NCBI GenBank assembly: GCA_025923995.1
Contig: JAICEW010000002.1
Span: forward strand, 1 to 62,684
Reading direction: 5' to 3'
Length of the DNA: 62,684 nt
Source of the DNA: Vicinamibacteria bacterium
Lineage (GTDB): Bacteria; Acidobacteriota; Vicinamibacteria; Fen-336
The notes beneath the pieces were generated by a model, which was not told the DNA's origin, searched no databases, and saw nothing but the letters and a program-made list of their open reading frames with translations. Below are positions 1-9,765 of this stretch, in pieces. Made by a program: the position numbers and the translations under genes. Position 1 is the stretch's first letter. Every line of letters starts with the position of its first letter.

Positions 1-6
1 GGCGAC

Positions 7-1398
7 GTGGAGGCGGTGCGACGCCTGGGCATCGACCGCTACGTGGAGCAGCAGCTGCATCCCGAGCGGGTGCCCGAGAGCCCCGAGCTGGCGCGCCGGC
101 TGGCCGACCTGCGCACCGCGTCGCTCGACACGGGAACCCTCCTCTCGAAGTACGACCTGCCCCGCGAGGCCAAGCGGGAGATCCAGGAGAAGCGCGCCCA
201 GATGACGGGCGAGCCGACGGACGAGGACCGGCGGCGCGCGCGGCGCGAGCTGGCCGAGAAGTACGGCCGACGGATGGACGGCACGCCGCGGCAGGTGGTC
301 GAGGAGCTCCAGGCGGCCAAGGTCCTGCGCGCCGTCCACTCCACGCGGCAGCTCGACGAGGTGCTCGTCGACTTCTGGCTGAACCACTTCAACGTGTTCG
401 CCAACAAGGGACCCGTGAAGTTCCTGGTCGGCGAGTACGAGCGCGACGTCATCCGGCCGCACGCCTGGGGGCGCTTCGAGGACCTGCTCAAGGCCACGGC
501 CGAGAGCCCGGCCATGCTGTTCTACCTCGACAACTTCCTCTCGACCGCGCCCGGCGGCGCCTCGGCGGGCCGGTCGAACGCGCGGCGCGGCGTCGGCCGG
601 CCGCGCGCGGCAGGGCCGGAGGGCGGGCAGGGCCAGGGCCGGCGGCGCGGACTCAACGAGAACTACGCGCGCGAGATCATGGAGCTGCACACGCTGGGGG
701 TCGACGGCGGGTACACGCAGAAGGACGTGACCGAGGTCGCGCGCTGCTTCACGGGCTGGACCATCCGCGACCTGCGCCGGGGCGATCCCGGGTTCGCGTT
801 CGAGCCGCGCCTCCACGATCGCGGCGACAAGACGGTCCTGGGCCAGACCATCCGGAGCGGCGGCAAGGAGGAGGGCGACCGCGTGATCCGCCTGCTGGCC
901 ACGCACCCGGCCACCGCGCGCTTCGTCTCCTACAAGCTGGCGAGGCGCTTCGTGGCGGACGAGCCGCCCGCGTCCCTGGTGGACCGCGCGGCGGCGCGCT
1001 TCCGCGAGACGGACGGCGACATCCGGAAGGTGGTCGAGACGATCGTGACGTCCCCGGAGTTCCGGGCGCCGCAGACGCGCCAGGCGAAGGTGAAGACGCC
1101 CCTCGAGTTCGTGGTGAGCGCGGTGCGCGCGTCGGGATCGGACGTCGTGGACGCGCGCGCCCTGGCCCGGCGCATCGCCGACATGGGCATGCCGCTGTAC
1201 CTCCAGCAGCCGCCCACCGGATACAAGGACACGGCCGACGCGTGGGTCTCGACCAGCGGCCTGCTGGCCCGCATGAACTTCGCGGTGGACCTCTCGAGCG
1301 GGCGCGTGAGCGGCGCGCCGGTCGAGCTGGCGTCGCTGGGCACGACCGCGGAGGCGCAGTCGCAGCGGCTGGGCTCGCCCGCGTTCCAGAGGAGATGA
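7..1398 (+). CDS. DUF1800 family protein (5'-truncated by window edge)
   Basis: Motifs FWLNHFNVFANK, SPAMLFYLDN, GLNENYAREIMELHTLG, VARCFTGWT, KVKTPLEFVVS, MGMPLYLQQPPTGY; coupled to a DUF1501 gene. Confidence 0.9.
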   Translation: MEAVRRLGIDRYVEQQLHPERVPESPELARRLADLRTASLDTGTLLSKYDLPREAKREIQEKRAQMTGEPTDEDRRRARRELAEKYGRRMDGTPRQVVEELQAAKVLRAVHSTRQLDEVLVDFWLNHFNVFANKGPVKFLVGEYERDVIRPHAWGRFEDLLKATAESPAMLFYLDNFLSTAPGGASAGRSNARRGVGRPRAAGPEGGQGQGRRRGLNENYAREIMELHTLGVDGGYTQKDVTEVARCFTGWTIRDLRRGDPGFAFEPRLHDRGDKTVLGQTIRSGGKEEGDRVIRLLATHPATARFVSYKLARRFVADEPPASLVDRAAARFRETDGDIRKVVETIVTSPEFRAPQTRQAKVKTPLEFVVSAVRASGSDVVDARALARRIADMGMPLYLQQPPTGYKDTADAWVSTSGLLARMNFAVDLSSGRVSGAPVELASLGTTAEAQSQRLGSPAFQRR

Positions 1399-2639
1399 GC
1401 ATGTCGAGCCGCCGGTGGTTCCTCAAGTCGTCCGGCCTGGCGCTCGTGTCCTTCGGGCTGGCACCCCGGGCGCTGGTGCGCGCCGTGCACGCGGCCGGGG
1501 GTGGACGGCGACGCAAGACGCTCGTGGTCGTGTTCCAGCGGGGGGCCTGCGACGGCCTCAACACGGTGATCCCGTACGACGACGACCTCTACCGCCGCCT
1601 GCGCCCGACGATCGCGGTGCCGCCGCCGCGCGGCTCGAGCCGGGAGGCGGCGCTCGACCTCGACGGCCGCTTCGGCCTTCATCCCGCGCTGGCCCCGCTC
1701 CTGCCGCTGTGGCAGGAGAAGATCCTCGCCCCGGTCCACGCGATCGGCAGCCCGGACGCGACGCGCTCGCACTTCGACGCGCAGGACTTCATGGAGAGCG
1801 GCACGCCCGGCCGCAAGTCGACGGACGACGGCTGGCTCAACCGGCACCTGCGCGCCCACCTCGACCCCGCGGCCTCGCCCTTCCGGGGCGTCTCGTTGAC
1901 CCCGACCCTTCCCCGCTCGCTCCAGGGCGCGGCGCCCGCCGTGGCGATGACGAGCCTGCGCAGCTTCCAGGTGCGGGGCGGGAACGAGGGCGTCGCGGCG
2001 CGCGGGTTCGAGGACCTGTACGACGAGGCGACCGGCTCGCTGGCCATGGCCGGCAAGGAGACGTTCGAGGCCGTCCAGTTCCTCAAGCGCGCGGACCCGT
2101 CACGCTACCGTCCGGCCGCTGGTGCGGTGTACCCCCGCGGGAGGTACGGCGAGAGCCTCCAGCAGATCGCGCAGCTCATCAAGGCGGACGTCGGCGTCGA
2201 GGCCGCGTTCACCGAGATCGGTGGCTGGGACCACCACGCGGCGGAGGGAGGCGTCCAGGGCCAGCTCGCGCAGCGGCTGCGGGAGTTCGGGCAGGCGCTC
2301 GCCGCCTTCCGCACCGACCTGGGCGACCGCATGGAGGACGTGGTCGTCGTCTCGCTGACCGAGTTCGGCCGCACCGCGCGCGAGAACGGCAACCGCGGGA
2401 CGGACCACGGGCACGCGAGCGTCGCGTTCGTGATGGGCGGCGATACGCTGGGCGGCCGCGTGCACGGCCGCTGGCCCGGCCTCGACGCGGGCCAGCTCTA
2501 CGAAGGCCGCGACCTGGCCGTCACCACCGACTTCCGCGACCTGCTGGGCGAGGTCCTCTCACAGCACCTGGGCGCGCGCGACCTGCGTACGGTGTTCCCC
2601 GGCTACGAGCCGCGCTTCCCTGGCGTCATGCGAGCCTGA
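1395..2639 (+). CDS. DUF1501 family protein with Tat-like N-terminus
   Basis: ATGA overlap with upstream stop; SRRWFLK; LVVVFQRGACDGLN, RSHFDAQD, GGWDHH, TEFGRT, NRGTDHG. Confidence 0.9.
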   Translation: MSMSSRRWFLKSSGLALVSFGLAPRALVRAVHAAGGGRRRKTLVVVFQRGACDGLNTVIPYDDDLYRRLRPTIAVPPPRGSSREAALDLDGRFGLHPALAPLLPLWQEKILAPVHAIGSPDATRSHFDAQDFMESGTPGRKSTDDGWLNRHLRAHLDPAASPFRGVSLTPTLPRSLQGAAPAVAMTSLRSFQVRGGNEGVAARGFEDLYDEATGSLAMAGKETFEAVQFLKRADPSRYRPAAGAVYPRGRYGESLQQIAQLIKADVGVEAAFTEIGGWDHHAAEGGVQGQLAQRLREFGQALAAFRTDLGDRMEDVVVVSLTEFGRTARENGNRGTDHGHASVAFVMGGDTLGGRVHGRWPGLDAGQLYEGRDLAVTTDFRDLLGEVLSQHLGARDLRTVFPGYEPRFPGVMRA

Positions 2640-2655
2640 ACGCGCCCGACGTGGC

Positions 2656-3066
2656 TCAAGGCTGCCCGGTCGGCCGGAGTCGGATCTCCCTCTGGACCAT
2701 CCGGACATGGCAGCCGTCTTCCGTGATCGGCACCGTGACGGAAGACAGCATCCCCGGCGACAACCTCGCCGCCTCCGCGTGCACCGAGTACGTGCCAGAG
2801 CGCTCCGAGGCCCCGACGTACAGGCAGGGACTCACGAGGGACCAGCTCATCGGACGGAGCGGCTCGGAGTAGGCGCCGTCGCGTGCAGTGACGGTCGCAT
2901 CGCAGACATGCGCTCCCGTCTGGTCGTTCGCGACGACGATGCCCAGGCCGAGTCGCCTGTCGGGGGTGCAGGGACCCTGGACGCGTTCGGCGCAGCTGGT
3001 CGCGGCGGCCCCGAGCACGACGCCGAGCCAGCGCTGGAGGCACTTCGGTCTGCCCGTCATCCCCAT
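2656..3066 (-). CDS. Putative Cys-containing lipoprotein, hypothetical
   Basis: C-terminal 136 aa of ORF 2656..4752 reads as a real protein: GAGG before ATG, hydrophobic stretch then AATSC (lipobox-like), beta-rich body. Confidence 0.5.
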   Translation of the reverse strand: MGMTGRPKCLQRWLGVVLGAAATSCAERVQGPCTPDRRLGLGIVVANDQTGAHVCDATVTARDGAYSEPLRPMSWSLVSPCLYVGASERSGTYSVHAEAARLSPGMLSSVTVPITEDGCHVRMVQREIRLRPTGQP

Positions 3067-3092
3067 CCTCGGCTGACGGCGCCTGCCGCGGA

Positions 3093-4832
3093 TCAGTCCG
3101 CCTTCTGCTTCGCCTTCGCGATGAACGCGTCGACCTCGGACTCGAGCACCGTCAGGGGCACCGGGCCGTTGCGCAGGACTTCGTCGTGGAAGGCGCGGAC
3201 GTCGAAGCGCGTCCCCAGCTCCTTCTCCGCCCGCGCGCGCAGCTCGCGGATCTTCAGCTCGCCCATCTTGTACGCCAGCGCCTGGCCCGGCCACGCGATG
3301 TAGCGGTCGGTCTCCGTGCGCACCTCGTGCAGCGAGAGCGCCGTGTGCGAGGCCAGGTAGTCCATCGCCTGCTGCCGCGTCCAGCCCAGCGCGTGGAGGC
3401 CCGTGTCCACCACCAGGCGACACGCGCGCCACATCTCGTACGTCAGCCGCCCGAAGTTGCTGTAGGGGTCCTGGTAGAACCCGGCCTCCAGGCCCAGCCG
3501 CTCCGAGTACAACCCCCAGCCCTCGCCAAAGGCGTTCACGCTCGCGAAGCGCCGGAAGTCCGGCAGGCCCGTCATCTCGCGCTGCAGCGCGTTCTGGAGA
3601 TGATGGCCCGGCACCGCCTCGTGGAGCGTGAGCGACTCCAGGATGTACAGCGGCCGGCTGGACAGGTTGTAGGTGTTGACCCAGTACGTCCCCGCGCGCG
3701 TCCCGCCCGGGGCGGCCGGCACGTAGCGGCCGCCCGTGTACTTGGGCGCGATGGCGTCCGGGACCGGCTCGACGCCGTACGGCTGCCGCGGCAGCCGGCC
3801 GAAGAGCGACGGCAGCTTCGCGTCCATCTTCTTGGCGATGAAGCTCGCCTCCTTCAGCAGCTCCTGCGGCGTCTTCGCGTAGAAGCGCGGGTCGGTGCGC
3901 AGGAAGGTGAGGAACTCCGCGAACTCGCCGGTGAACCCCGCCTCCTTCATGACCGTCCGCATCTCCGCGTCGATGCGCGCGACCTCCTTCTTGCCGATCT
4001 CGTGCACCTGCTCGGGCGTGACGTCGAGCGTCGTGAAGATCTTGACCAGCGCCTCGTAGTACGCGCGGCCGTTCGGCAGGTCCTTGGCACCCGTCGACTT
4101 CCGCGCGCCAGGGGCGTACTCCTTGGTCATGAAGTCGAGGAAGCGCCGGTAGGAAGGGACCACCGCCTCGGCGACCGCCGCGCGCCCGGCGTCGGTCAGG
4201 CGCCCGCGCTCGGCCTCGGGCACGCCGACCGGGAAGCGCGAGAACGGCCGCATGAAGACGCTCTTCGAGACGTCGTCCACGACGTGCGCGGAGATGGTCC
4301 CGTCGTACCCCTCGAGGATCACCTGCGGCTGGGTGAAGCCGGCCTTGAGCCCCTCGCGCATGTACGCGATCTGCTGGTCCATGTACGCGGGGAACGCGCG
4401 CAGGCGGGCGATGTAGCTCTCGTAGTCCTTCACGTTGCCGAGCTGGGTGCGCGTCGGCAGGTCCGCGAACGAGATGTGGAACCCGCTGTCGGCCAGGATC
4501 GGGATGCGGTGCGCGCCGAAGCGGTACCGCAGCAGGTCGTCCTCCAGCTCCCGCCGCCACATGTCGTAGTTGATGCGGTCGGCACTCGAGAGCGCGGCCC
4601 GGTCGATGCGGGACGAGCGCTCGAGGAACGCCTGCTGCGCCTGGGCGCGACGCTCCAGGTCTGCCGGCGCGATCGCGGGCAGCTTGTCCGCGTAACGGTG
4701 GTCGCCCACGCCGCTGGCCTGGAGCGGGTTCTCGCGCAGGCGGAGCTCCCACTCCTCCTTGAGCAGCGCGTCGAGCTCCGCGGCCGGTCCGGCGGGGGCG
4801 AGGAGGACGAGCACGACGGGGAGGATCTGCAT
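3093..4832 (-). CDS. DUF885 family protein (secreted, putative metallopeptidase)
   Basis: Signal peptide; LTLHEAVPGHHLQ, FGEGWGLYSE, MWRACRLVVDTGLH, WPGQALAYKMG. Confidence 0.92.
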   Translation of the reverse strand: MQILPVVLVLLAPAGPAAELDALLKEEWELRLRENPLQASGVGDHRYADKLPAIAPADLERRAQAQQAFLERSSRIDRAALSSADRINYDMWRRELEDDLLRYRFGAHRIPILADSGFHISFADLPTRTQLGNVKDYESYIARLRAFPAYMDQQIAYMREGLKAGFTQPQVILEGYDGTISAHVVDDVSKSVFMRPFSRFPVGVPEAERGRLTDAGRAAVAEAVVPSYRRFLDFMTKEYAPGARKSTGAKDLPNGRAYYEALVKIFTTLDVTPEQVHEIGKKEVARIDAEMRTVMKEAGFTGEFAEFLTFLRTDPRFYAKTPQELLKEASFIAKKMDAKLPSLFGRLPRQPYGVEPVPDAIAPKYTGGRYVPAAPGGTRAGTYWVNTYNLSSRPLYILESLTLHEAVPGHHLQNALQREMTGLPDFRRFASVNAFGEGWGLYSERLGLEAGFYQDPYSNFGRLTYEMWRACRLVVDTGLHALGWTRQQAMDYLASHTALSLHEVRTETDRYIAWPGQALAYKMGELKIRELRARAEKELGTRFDVRAFHDEVLRNGPVPLTVLESEVDAFIAKAKQKAD

Positions 4833-4841
4833 GCGCGGATG

Positions 4842-5672
4842 CTACTCCGGATTCTTCGGCGCGCTGACGAGCGTGACCTTCGACGCGCGCAGGAACGCGA
4901 CGCCGTCCCTCACCTCGACGCGGCCGGTCACTTCGATCCAGCGAACCCCGTCGCCCTTGTAGGTGGGATCGAGCTTCCAGCCCTTCCCCTGCGGCTTGCG
5001 CCCGGTCACCCAGATCGCGTGCGGCGGCTGTCGCAGCACCCAGTCCTGCGAGGTGGACGCCGAGCCCGCGGGCAGCTCGCCGAGCAGGTCGCGCCCGCCG
5101 AAGAGCCCGATCACGCGCACGGCCTGGCCGGCGTAGGGCGTTTCGGGCTGGAGGATCTGCTCGAGGCGGAGGCCCTCCGTCTCGGGCCCCGCGCGGGGAG
5201 CCGCGCCGGTCTCGGCCAGCTCGTACACCGTGATCGAGATCGGCGGCCAGTCGACCTGGGCGTTCGGCAGCGCCGGCAGATCAGGATCGGCGCACTTGCT
5301 CTCGAGCATCATCTGCGCACGGCACCCGACCATCTGCTGGCTCGTGGGCAGCGAGCGGACGATCCCCGTCACCTCCACGCGCTGGCCGATGAGCCGGCGC
5401 GGCTCGTCCGCCAGCTCCGGAACGGGGATCAGGAGGACGCGAGCGGTGCCGTCCACGAGCAGGAACGTGTCGAGCAGCCCGCCCAGCGCCCGCAGCTCCC
5501 CTTTCGTGACGACCTTGTGACGCTGGTACGACTCCGAGTTGTACGCGACCTCCGCGAGCTCGACCGCTTGCTGCGGACCGTACGCGTCGTAGGCGCGCGG
5601 CGTCCCGGGATGCTCGGGCTGCGCCTGGAGCGCCGCGAGCAGCAGGGTGAGGCCGGACCGCGCGCCGTGCAT
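4842..5672 (-). CDS. Hypothetical exported protein with two OB-fold-like segments
   Basis: Start chosen at MHGARSGLTLLLAALQAQ (signal-like); two segments ending in GQRVEVTGIV and WIEVTGRVEV. Confidence 0.55.
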   Translation of the reverse strand: MHGARSGLTLLLAALQAQPEHPGTPRAYDAYGPQQAVELAEVAYNSESYQRHKVVTKGELRALGGLLDTFLLVDGTARVLLIPVPELADEPRRLIGQRVEVTGIVRSLPTSQQMVGCRAQMMLESKCADPDLPALPNAQVDWPPISITVYELAETGAAPRAGPETEGLRLEQILQPETPYAGQAVRVIGLFGGRDLLGELPAGSASTSQDWVLRQPPHAIWVTGRKPQGKGWKLDPTYKGDGVRWIEVTGRVEVRDGVAFLRASKVTLVSAPKNPE

Positions 5673-5782
5673 GAGGGTCACCGGATGATAGCGCGCGACC
5701 TGCCGCGGCCTGGCGCGTTCTGCAAGTAGTTTGGCGTATTCTGCGAGTGCGCCCGCCATCCCGGCGGCCTAAGTTGGGAGTC

Positions 5783-6838
5783 ATGAACACCACCAAGGCC
5801 AAGGCCTACTCCGCTTCCTCCCCCACGTCACCCCTCGTGCCGGTCGAGATCGACCGCCGCGAGCCGGGCCCCAAGGACGTCGAGATCGACATCCTCTTCT
5901 GCGGCGTCTGCCACTCCGACCTCCACCAGGCCCGCGACGAGTGGCACAACACCGTCTATCCCTGCATCCCCGGCCACGAGATCGTCGGACGCGTCACGCG
6001 CGTGGGCAGCCGCGCCACCAAGTTCAAGGCGGGCGACCTGGCCGGCGTCGGCTGCCTCGTCGACTCCTGCCGGAAGTGCGCGAGCTGCCTGGCGGGCCGG
6101 GAGCAGTACTGCACCGCACCCGCGGTCTTCACCTACAACAGCGACGACGTGGTCCTGGGCGGCAAGACCTTCGGCGGCTACGCCAGCCGCATCGTCGTGG
6201 ACGAGGCGTTCTCTCTGCGCATCCCCGCGGGGCTGGACCCGGCCGCGGCCGCGCCGCTGCTCTGCGCCGGCATCACCACCTACTCGCCGCTGCGCCACTG
6301 GAAGGTCGGGCCCGGACAGAAGGTCGGCGTGGTCGGCCTGGGCGGCCTGGGCCACATGGGCGTGAAGTTCGCACGCGCGATGGAGGCCCGCGTCGTCCTG
6401 TTCACGACGTCGCCACGCAAGGTCGAGGACGGGCTCAAGCTGGGCGCGCACGAGGTCGTGGTGTCGACCAACGAGGCCGAGATGGCGAAGCACGCCGGGA
6501 GCTTCGACTTCGTCCTCGACTGCGTGTCCGCGCAGCACGACATCAACGCGTACCTGGGCCTGCTCAAGCTCGACGGCACGCTGTGCCTGGTCGGCGCGCC
6601 CGAGCACCCGCTGCCCGTGGCCGCGTTCAGCCTGCTGCTGCCCCGCCGCAGCTTCGCCGGCTCGGCGATCGGAGGCATCGCGGAGACGCAGGAGATGCTG
6701 GACTTCGCCGCCCGCTACCGCGTGACGCCGGAGATCGAGATGATCCCGATGCAGAAGATCAACGACGCCTTCGAGCGCCTGCTGAAGCAGGACGTGCGTT
6801 ATCGTTTCGTGATCGACATGGCCTCGATCAACGCCTGA
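5783..6838 (+). CDS. Zn-dependent NAD(P)-dependent alcohol dehydrogenase (cinnamyl ADH/YahK-like)
   Basis: CGVCHSD, GHEIVG, structural-Zn CRKCASC...C, PLLCAGITTYSPL, GLGGLGHMG. Confidence 0.95.
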   Translation: MNTTKAKAYSASSPTSPLVPVEIDRREPGPKDVEIDILFCGVCHSDLHQARDEWHNTVYPCIPGHEIVGRVTRVGSRATKFKAGDLAGVGCLVDSCRKCASCLAGREQYCTAPAVFTYNSDDVVLGGKTFGGYASRIVVDEAFSLRIPAGLDPAAAAPLLCAGITTYSPLRHWKVGPGQKVGVVGLGGLGHMGVKFARAMEARVVLFTTSPRKVEDGLKLGAHEVVVSTNEAEMAKHAGSFDFVLDCVSAQHDINAYLGLLKLDGTLCLVGAPEHPLPVAAFSLLLPRRSFAGSAIGGIAETQEMLDFAARYRVTPEIEMIPMQKINDAFERLLKQDVRYRFVIDMASINA

Positions 6839-6852
6839 GGAAGGAGCCCCGC

Positions 6853-7893
6853 CTGGACCCGGACCACGGTTGCGCCGTCGCCACCAGCCGCTTCCGCGTC
6901 TCCCCGCTCCTGGCGGGAAGGCTCCGCGAACGGTCCATCTCCCCGTCGGCCGTCCTGCAGGTCGCAGGGCTGCCGGCGGGGTTCTTCGGCCAGGACCGCA
7001 TCCTCGCCACGACGCCCGAGCTCTTCGCGCTGTGGAGCGCGATCGCGGAGGTGAGCGGCGATCCCGGCATCGGGCTCGCGCTGGGCTCGGAGCCGCGCTT
7101 CGAGCGCAACGACCCGGCGGCGATCGCCGCCCTGTGCAGCGAGAGCTTCCGCGACGCGCTGGCGCGCATGGCGCGCTACAAGCAGCTCACCTGCCCCGAG
7201 GAGATCCGCGTCGACGGCCGGAAGCAGGAGACGGCGATCGAGTTCGCGTGGCTGCTCGCGCAGCAGGCCGAGCCCGCGGTGCTGGTCGATCTCTGCTTCG
7301 CCTGGATCCTGGCCATCGGCCGGCGCGGCACCGGTGTCCCGCTGGAGCCGGTGCGGCTCACCCTCACGCGCCCCCCGGCGCACCGCAGGACGCTGGAGGC
7401 GCACTTCGGGTGCCGCGTCCACTTCGAGGCCGACCGCAACGCGCTCGTGTTCCGCAACGGCGACCTGGAACGGCCGTTCGTGACGCACAACGCCGAGCTG
7501 CTCGGCATGATCGCGCCGCAGCTGGAGGCCGAGCTGGGCGCGCGCGCGTCGAGCCAAACGCTGGGCGACCGCGTGAAGGGCACGGTCAAGCGCGGGCTCG
7601 CCGGCCAGCGTCCGTCGATCCGCTTCGTGGCCCAGCGGCTGGGCCTGAGCGCCCGCACGCTCCAGCGCCGCCTGATCGAGGAGGGCGTCACGTTCCAGGA
7701 GCTGGTCGAGGCGGCCCGCCGCGAGCTGGCGCACCACTACCTCGGACAGAGCACGCTCGAGCTGAACGAGACCGCGTACCTGCTGGGGTACAAGGACGGG
7801 AACTCGTTCTTCCGCGCCTTCCACCAGTGGGAGGGCACGACGCCCGGCGAGTGGCGCAACAGCCGGCGGCAGGCGGCCACCGCCGGCCGCTGA
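6853..7893 (+). CDS. AraC family transcriptional regulator (ligand-binding domain + C-terminal HTH); start uncertain, probably CTG
   Basis: C-terminal SARTLQRRLIEEG, ETAYLLGYKDGNSFFRAFHQWEGTTPGEWR; AAGGAG at 6841-6846 precedes CTG 6853. Confidence 0.85.
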   Translation: MDPDHGCAVATSRFRVSPLLAGRLRERSISPSAVLQVAGLPAGFFGQDRILATTPELFALWSAIAEVSGDPGIGLALGSEPRFERNDPAAIAALCSESFRDALARMARYKQLTCPEEIRVDGRKQETAIEFAWLLAQQAEPAVLVDLCFAWILAIGRRGTGVPLEPVRLTLTRPPAHRRTLEAHFGCRVHFEADRNALVFRNGDLERPFVTHNAELLGMIAPQLEAELGARASSQTLGDRVKGTVKRGLAGQRPSIRFVAQRLGLSARTLQRRLIEEGVTFQELVEAARRELAHHYLGQSTLELNETAYLLGYKDGNSFFRAFHQWEGTTPGEWRNSRRQAATAGR

Positions 7894-7907
7894 CGACGGC
7901 GGACGCG

Positions 7908-8366
7908 CTACTGCGCGCCCTTGCGCATCTTCATCGCGTGGCCCGCCGCCATCTCCGCGCGGGTCAGGAAGCCGTCCTTGTCCCCGTCCATCCGCTCGAA
8001 CATCGTCTTCGAGCCGGTGGCGTGCTCTTCGGCCGTCAGCATGCCGTCGCCGTTGGCATCGATGACCTTGATCTTCTCCGCGGCCGACATCTCGCCCGCG
8101 GCCGGCGCACGGCCCGTGATCTTCTGGTGGGCCATGGTCATCTCCTCGGCCGTGACCTTGCCGTCGGAGTTCGCGTCCATGGTCGCGAACATGCTGGTGA
8201 CGGCGGCCGCGTGCTCGGCCGCCGAGACCTTCCCGTCGCTGTCGGTGTCCATCATCTTGAACATGTGGTCGCCGCCAGGGGCCGGCCGGGCCGGGGGGTT
8301 GGTGTCCTGGGCACCGGCGATCCCGCAAGCGAGAGCGAAGGCGGCGACGAGCGTCGTGTGGGTCAT
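7908..8366 (-). CDS. Secreted EF-hand domain protein
   Basis: GGAGGAGG SD, signal peptide, four loops DTDSDGKVSAAE, DANSDGKVTAEE, DANGDGMLTAEE, DGDKDGFLTRAE. Confidence 0.9.
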   Translation of the reverse strand: MTHTTLVAAFALACGIAGAQDTNPPARPAPGGDHMFKMMDTDSDGKVSAAEHAAAVTSMFATMDANSDGKVTAEEMTMAHQKITGRAPAAGEMSAAEKIKVIDANGDGMLTAEEHATGSKTMFERMDGDKDGFLTRAEMAAGHAMKMRKGAQ

Positions 8367-8455
8367 GGGGTCCTCCTCCGGGCGCGCGCGAGGGCGCGCC
8401 CCCCGTCCAGCATCGCAGCTTTGAGCCGGCTCGGGCGCGAGCGCGCGTTCGTTTC

Positions 8456-8908
8456 CTAGGAGGTGCTCGGCGGGACGTCCGGGGCGAACCGCACGTCGAC
8501 GATCTCCGAGGCGAGCGCGTCCTGGGCGATCACGACGGAGCGCCCGGTGGCGGCCGCCTCCTCCAATCGCCGCGCGAGAACGTCGCGGCCGGGCTCGTCG
8601 AGCCTGAGGACGGGGACAGCATCGGTTCCGGCCAGCCGGACCCGCACGCGGTCGGGGGTCCCCGGGTCGGGCAGCAGACACTCGACCGTGTTCACGCTGG
8701 CATGCAGCAACAGCTCGACCCGGCCCGCGGCATCGCTGCGGACGTAGACGGGCCAGGCGTACTCCCAGCTCTTCGCGAGGAGACGCGCCCAGAAGTCGAA
8801 CCACCCCGACTCGCGGTCGAGCCGGCAGACGGTCCCGTCGTCGAGCGTGAAGACGTCGCCGGCGTCCGCGTCCAGGGACACGACCCAGCCCATGCGCGCG
8901 GGGCCCAT
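8456..8908 (-). CDS. Hypothetical protein resembling the N-terminal accessory domain of long-form protein-glutaminase homologs
   Basis: ATG 1 nt after upstream TGA (TGAAATG); RLD...PVYV...LRLD...LEEAAATGRSVVI...EIVDVR pattern. Confidence 0.6.
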   Translation of the reverse strand: MGPARMGWVVSLDADAGDVFTLDDGTVCRLDRESGWFDFWARLLAKSWEYAWPVYVRSDAAGRVELLLHASVNTVECLLPDPGTPDRVRVRLAGTDAVPVLRLDEPGRDVLARRLEEAAATGRSVVIAQDALASEIVDVRFAPDVPPSTS

Positions 8909-8909
8909 T

Positions 8910-9719
8910 TCAGGCCGTCCGCTCGAAATCGTCGTCGTCGTCGGCCGAGTCCTCGTCGGGCACGATCCCGTCGTCCTCCCAGGACGCCTCGTCGGGCACG
9001 ATGCCATCCCTCACCGGATCGTCCACCACCTCGGGCGGAGGAGGAGTGAAGGGCGGCGGCGCAGGAATGAACGGCGGCGGCGCCGACTCCGCGGCCGTCC
9101 TCGCCGCCCGCTCGCTGGCCAGGCCCCGGCCCTCCGCCTCCAGGCGCGCCTCCTCCAGCAGCCTCTGCGTCTGGCTGTAGTCGTCGTCGCGGGCGTCGAA
9201 GGGCTGGTAGACCTCGCCCGGCGTCTCCACCAGTTGGGCGCTGGGGCACGACATCACGGCCCTCCACTGCTCGATCGTCACCGGCCCGTCGAAGAGCGAC
9301 GGGTCGACGACCATGCGGACGACGACGCCCTGCGGCGTCTGCACAGCCACCGTAGGGGCCACGTGGTAGGACCAGGTGATCGTCCCGTGGACCGGATGCT
9401 CCGCGCCGATGCTGTGCCCCACCGTGGGGTGGAAGAAGACCTTGCGGCACTCGATGCCCTGCTCGGCCATGAGCCGCCGCATCTCGTGCGCACGCGCCGA
9501 GCAGTAGCTTTGCGGAAAGTCGAACGGGATGTGCTGCTGCGATCGCAGTTCGCCGAAGAGGGCGACCGCCCGCTCCAGGCTCAGCGGATTCGCGTCGGTC
9601 CCGGGTGCAGGCCCGGCGGGCGGCGGGCCACTGAAGCCAGCCACCTCACGGGCCCTCCTCGGGGTGAGGACGGCCCAGTGCGGCACCTCGATGAGACGAA
9701 CGGGGGGCGGTCCACCCAT
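8910..9719 (-). CDS. Protein-glutamine glutaminase (Gln deamidase) family catalytic domain with Pro/acidic tail
   Basis: IPFDFPQSYCSARAHEM (catalytic Cys), WSYHVAP (His), VVDPSLF (Asp). Confidence 0.8.
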   Translation of the reverse strand: MGGPPPVRLIEVPHWAVLTPRRAREVAGFSGPPPAGPAPGTDANPLSLERAVALFGELRSQQHIPFDFPQSYCSARAHEMRRLMAEQGIECRKVFFHPTVGHSIGAEHPVHGTITWSYHVAPTVAVQTPQGVVVRMVVDPSLFDGPVTIEQWRAVMSCPSAQLVETPGEVYQPFDARDDDYSQTQRLLEEARLEAEGRGLASERAARTAAESAPPPFIPAPPPFTPPPPEVVDDPVRDGIVPDEASWEDDGIVPDEDSADDDDDFERTA

Positions 9720-9765
9720 ACCCCCCTACACGCCGGAGGAGGGCGACTCCCGCCACCGCGCTGCT

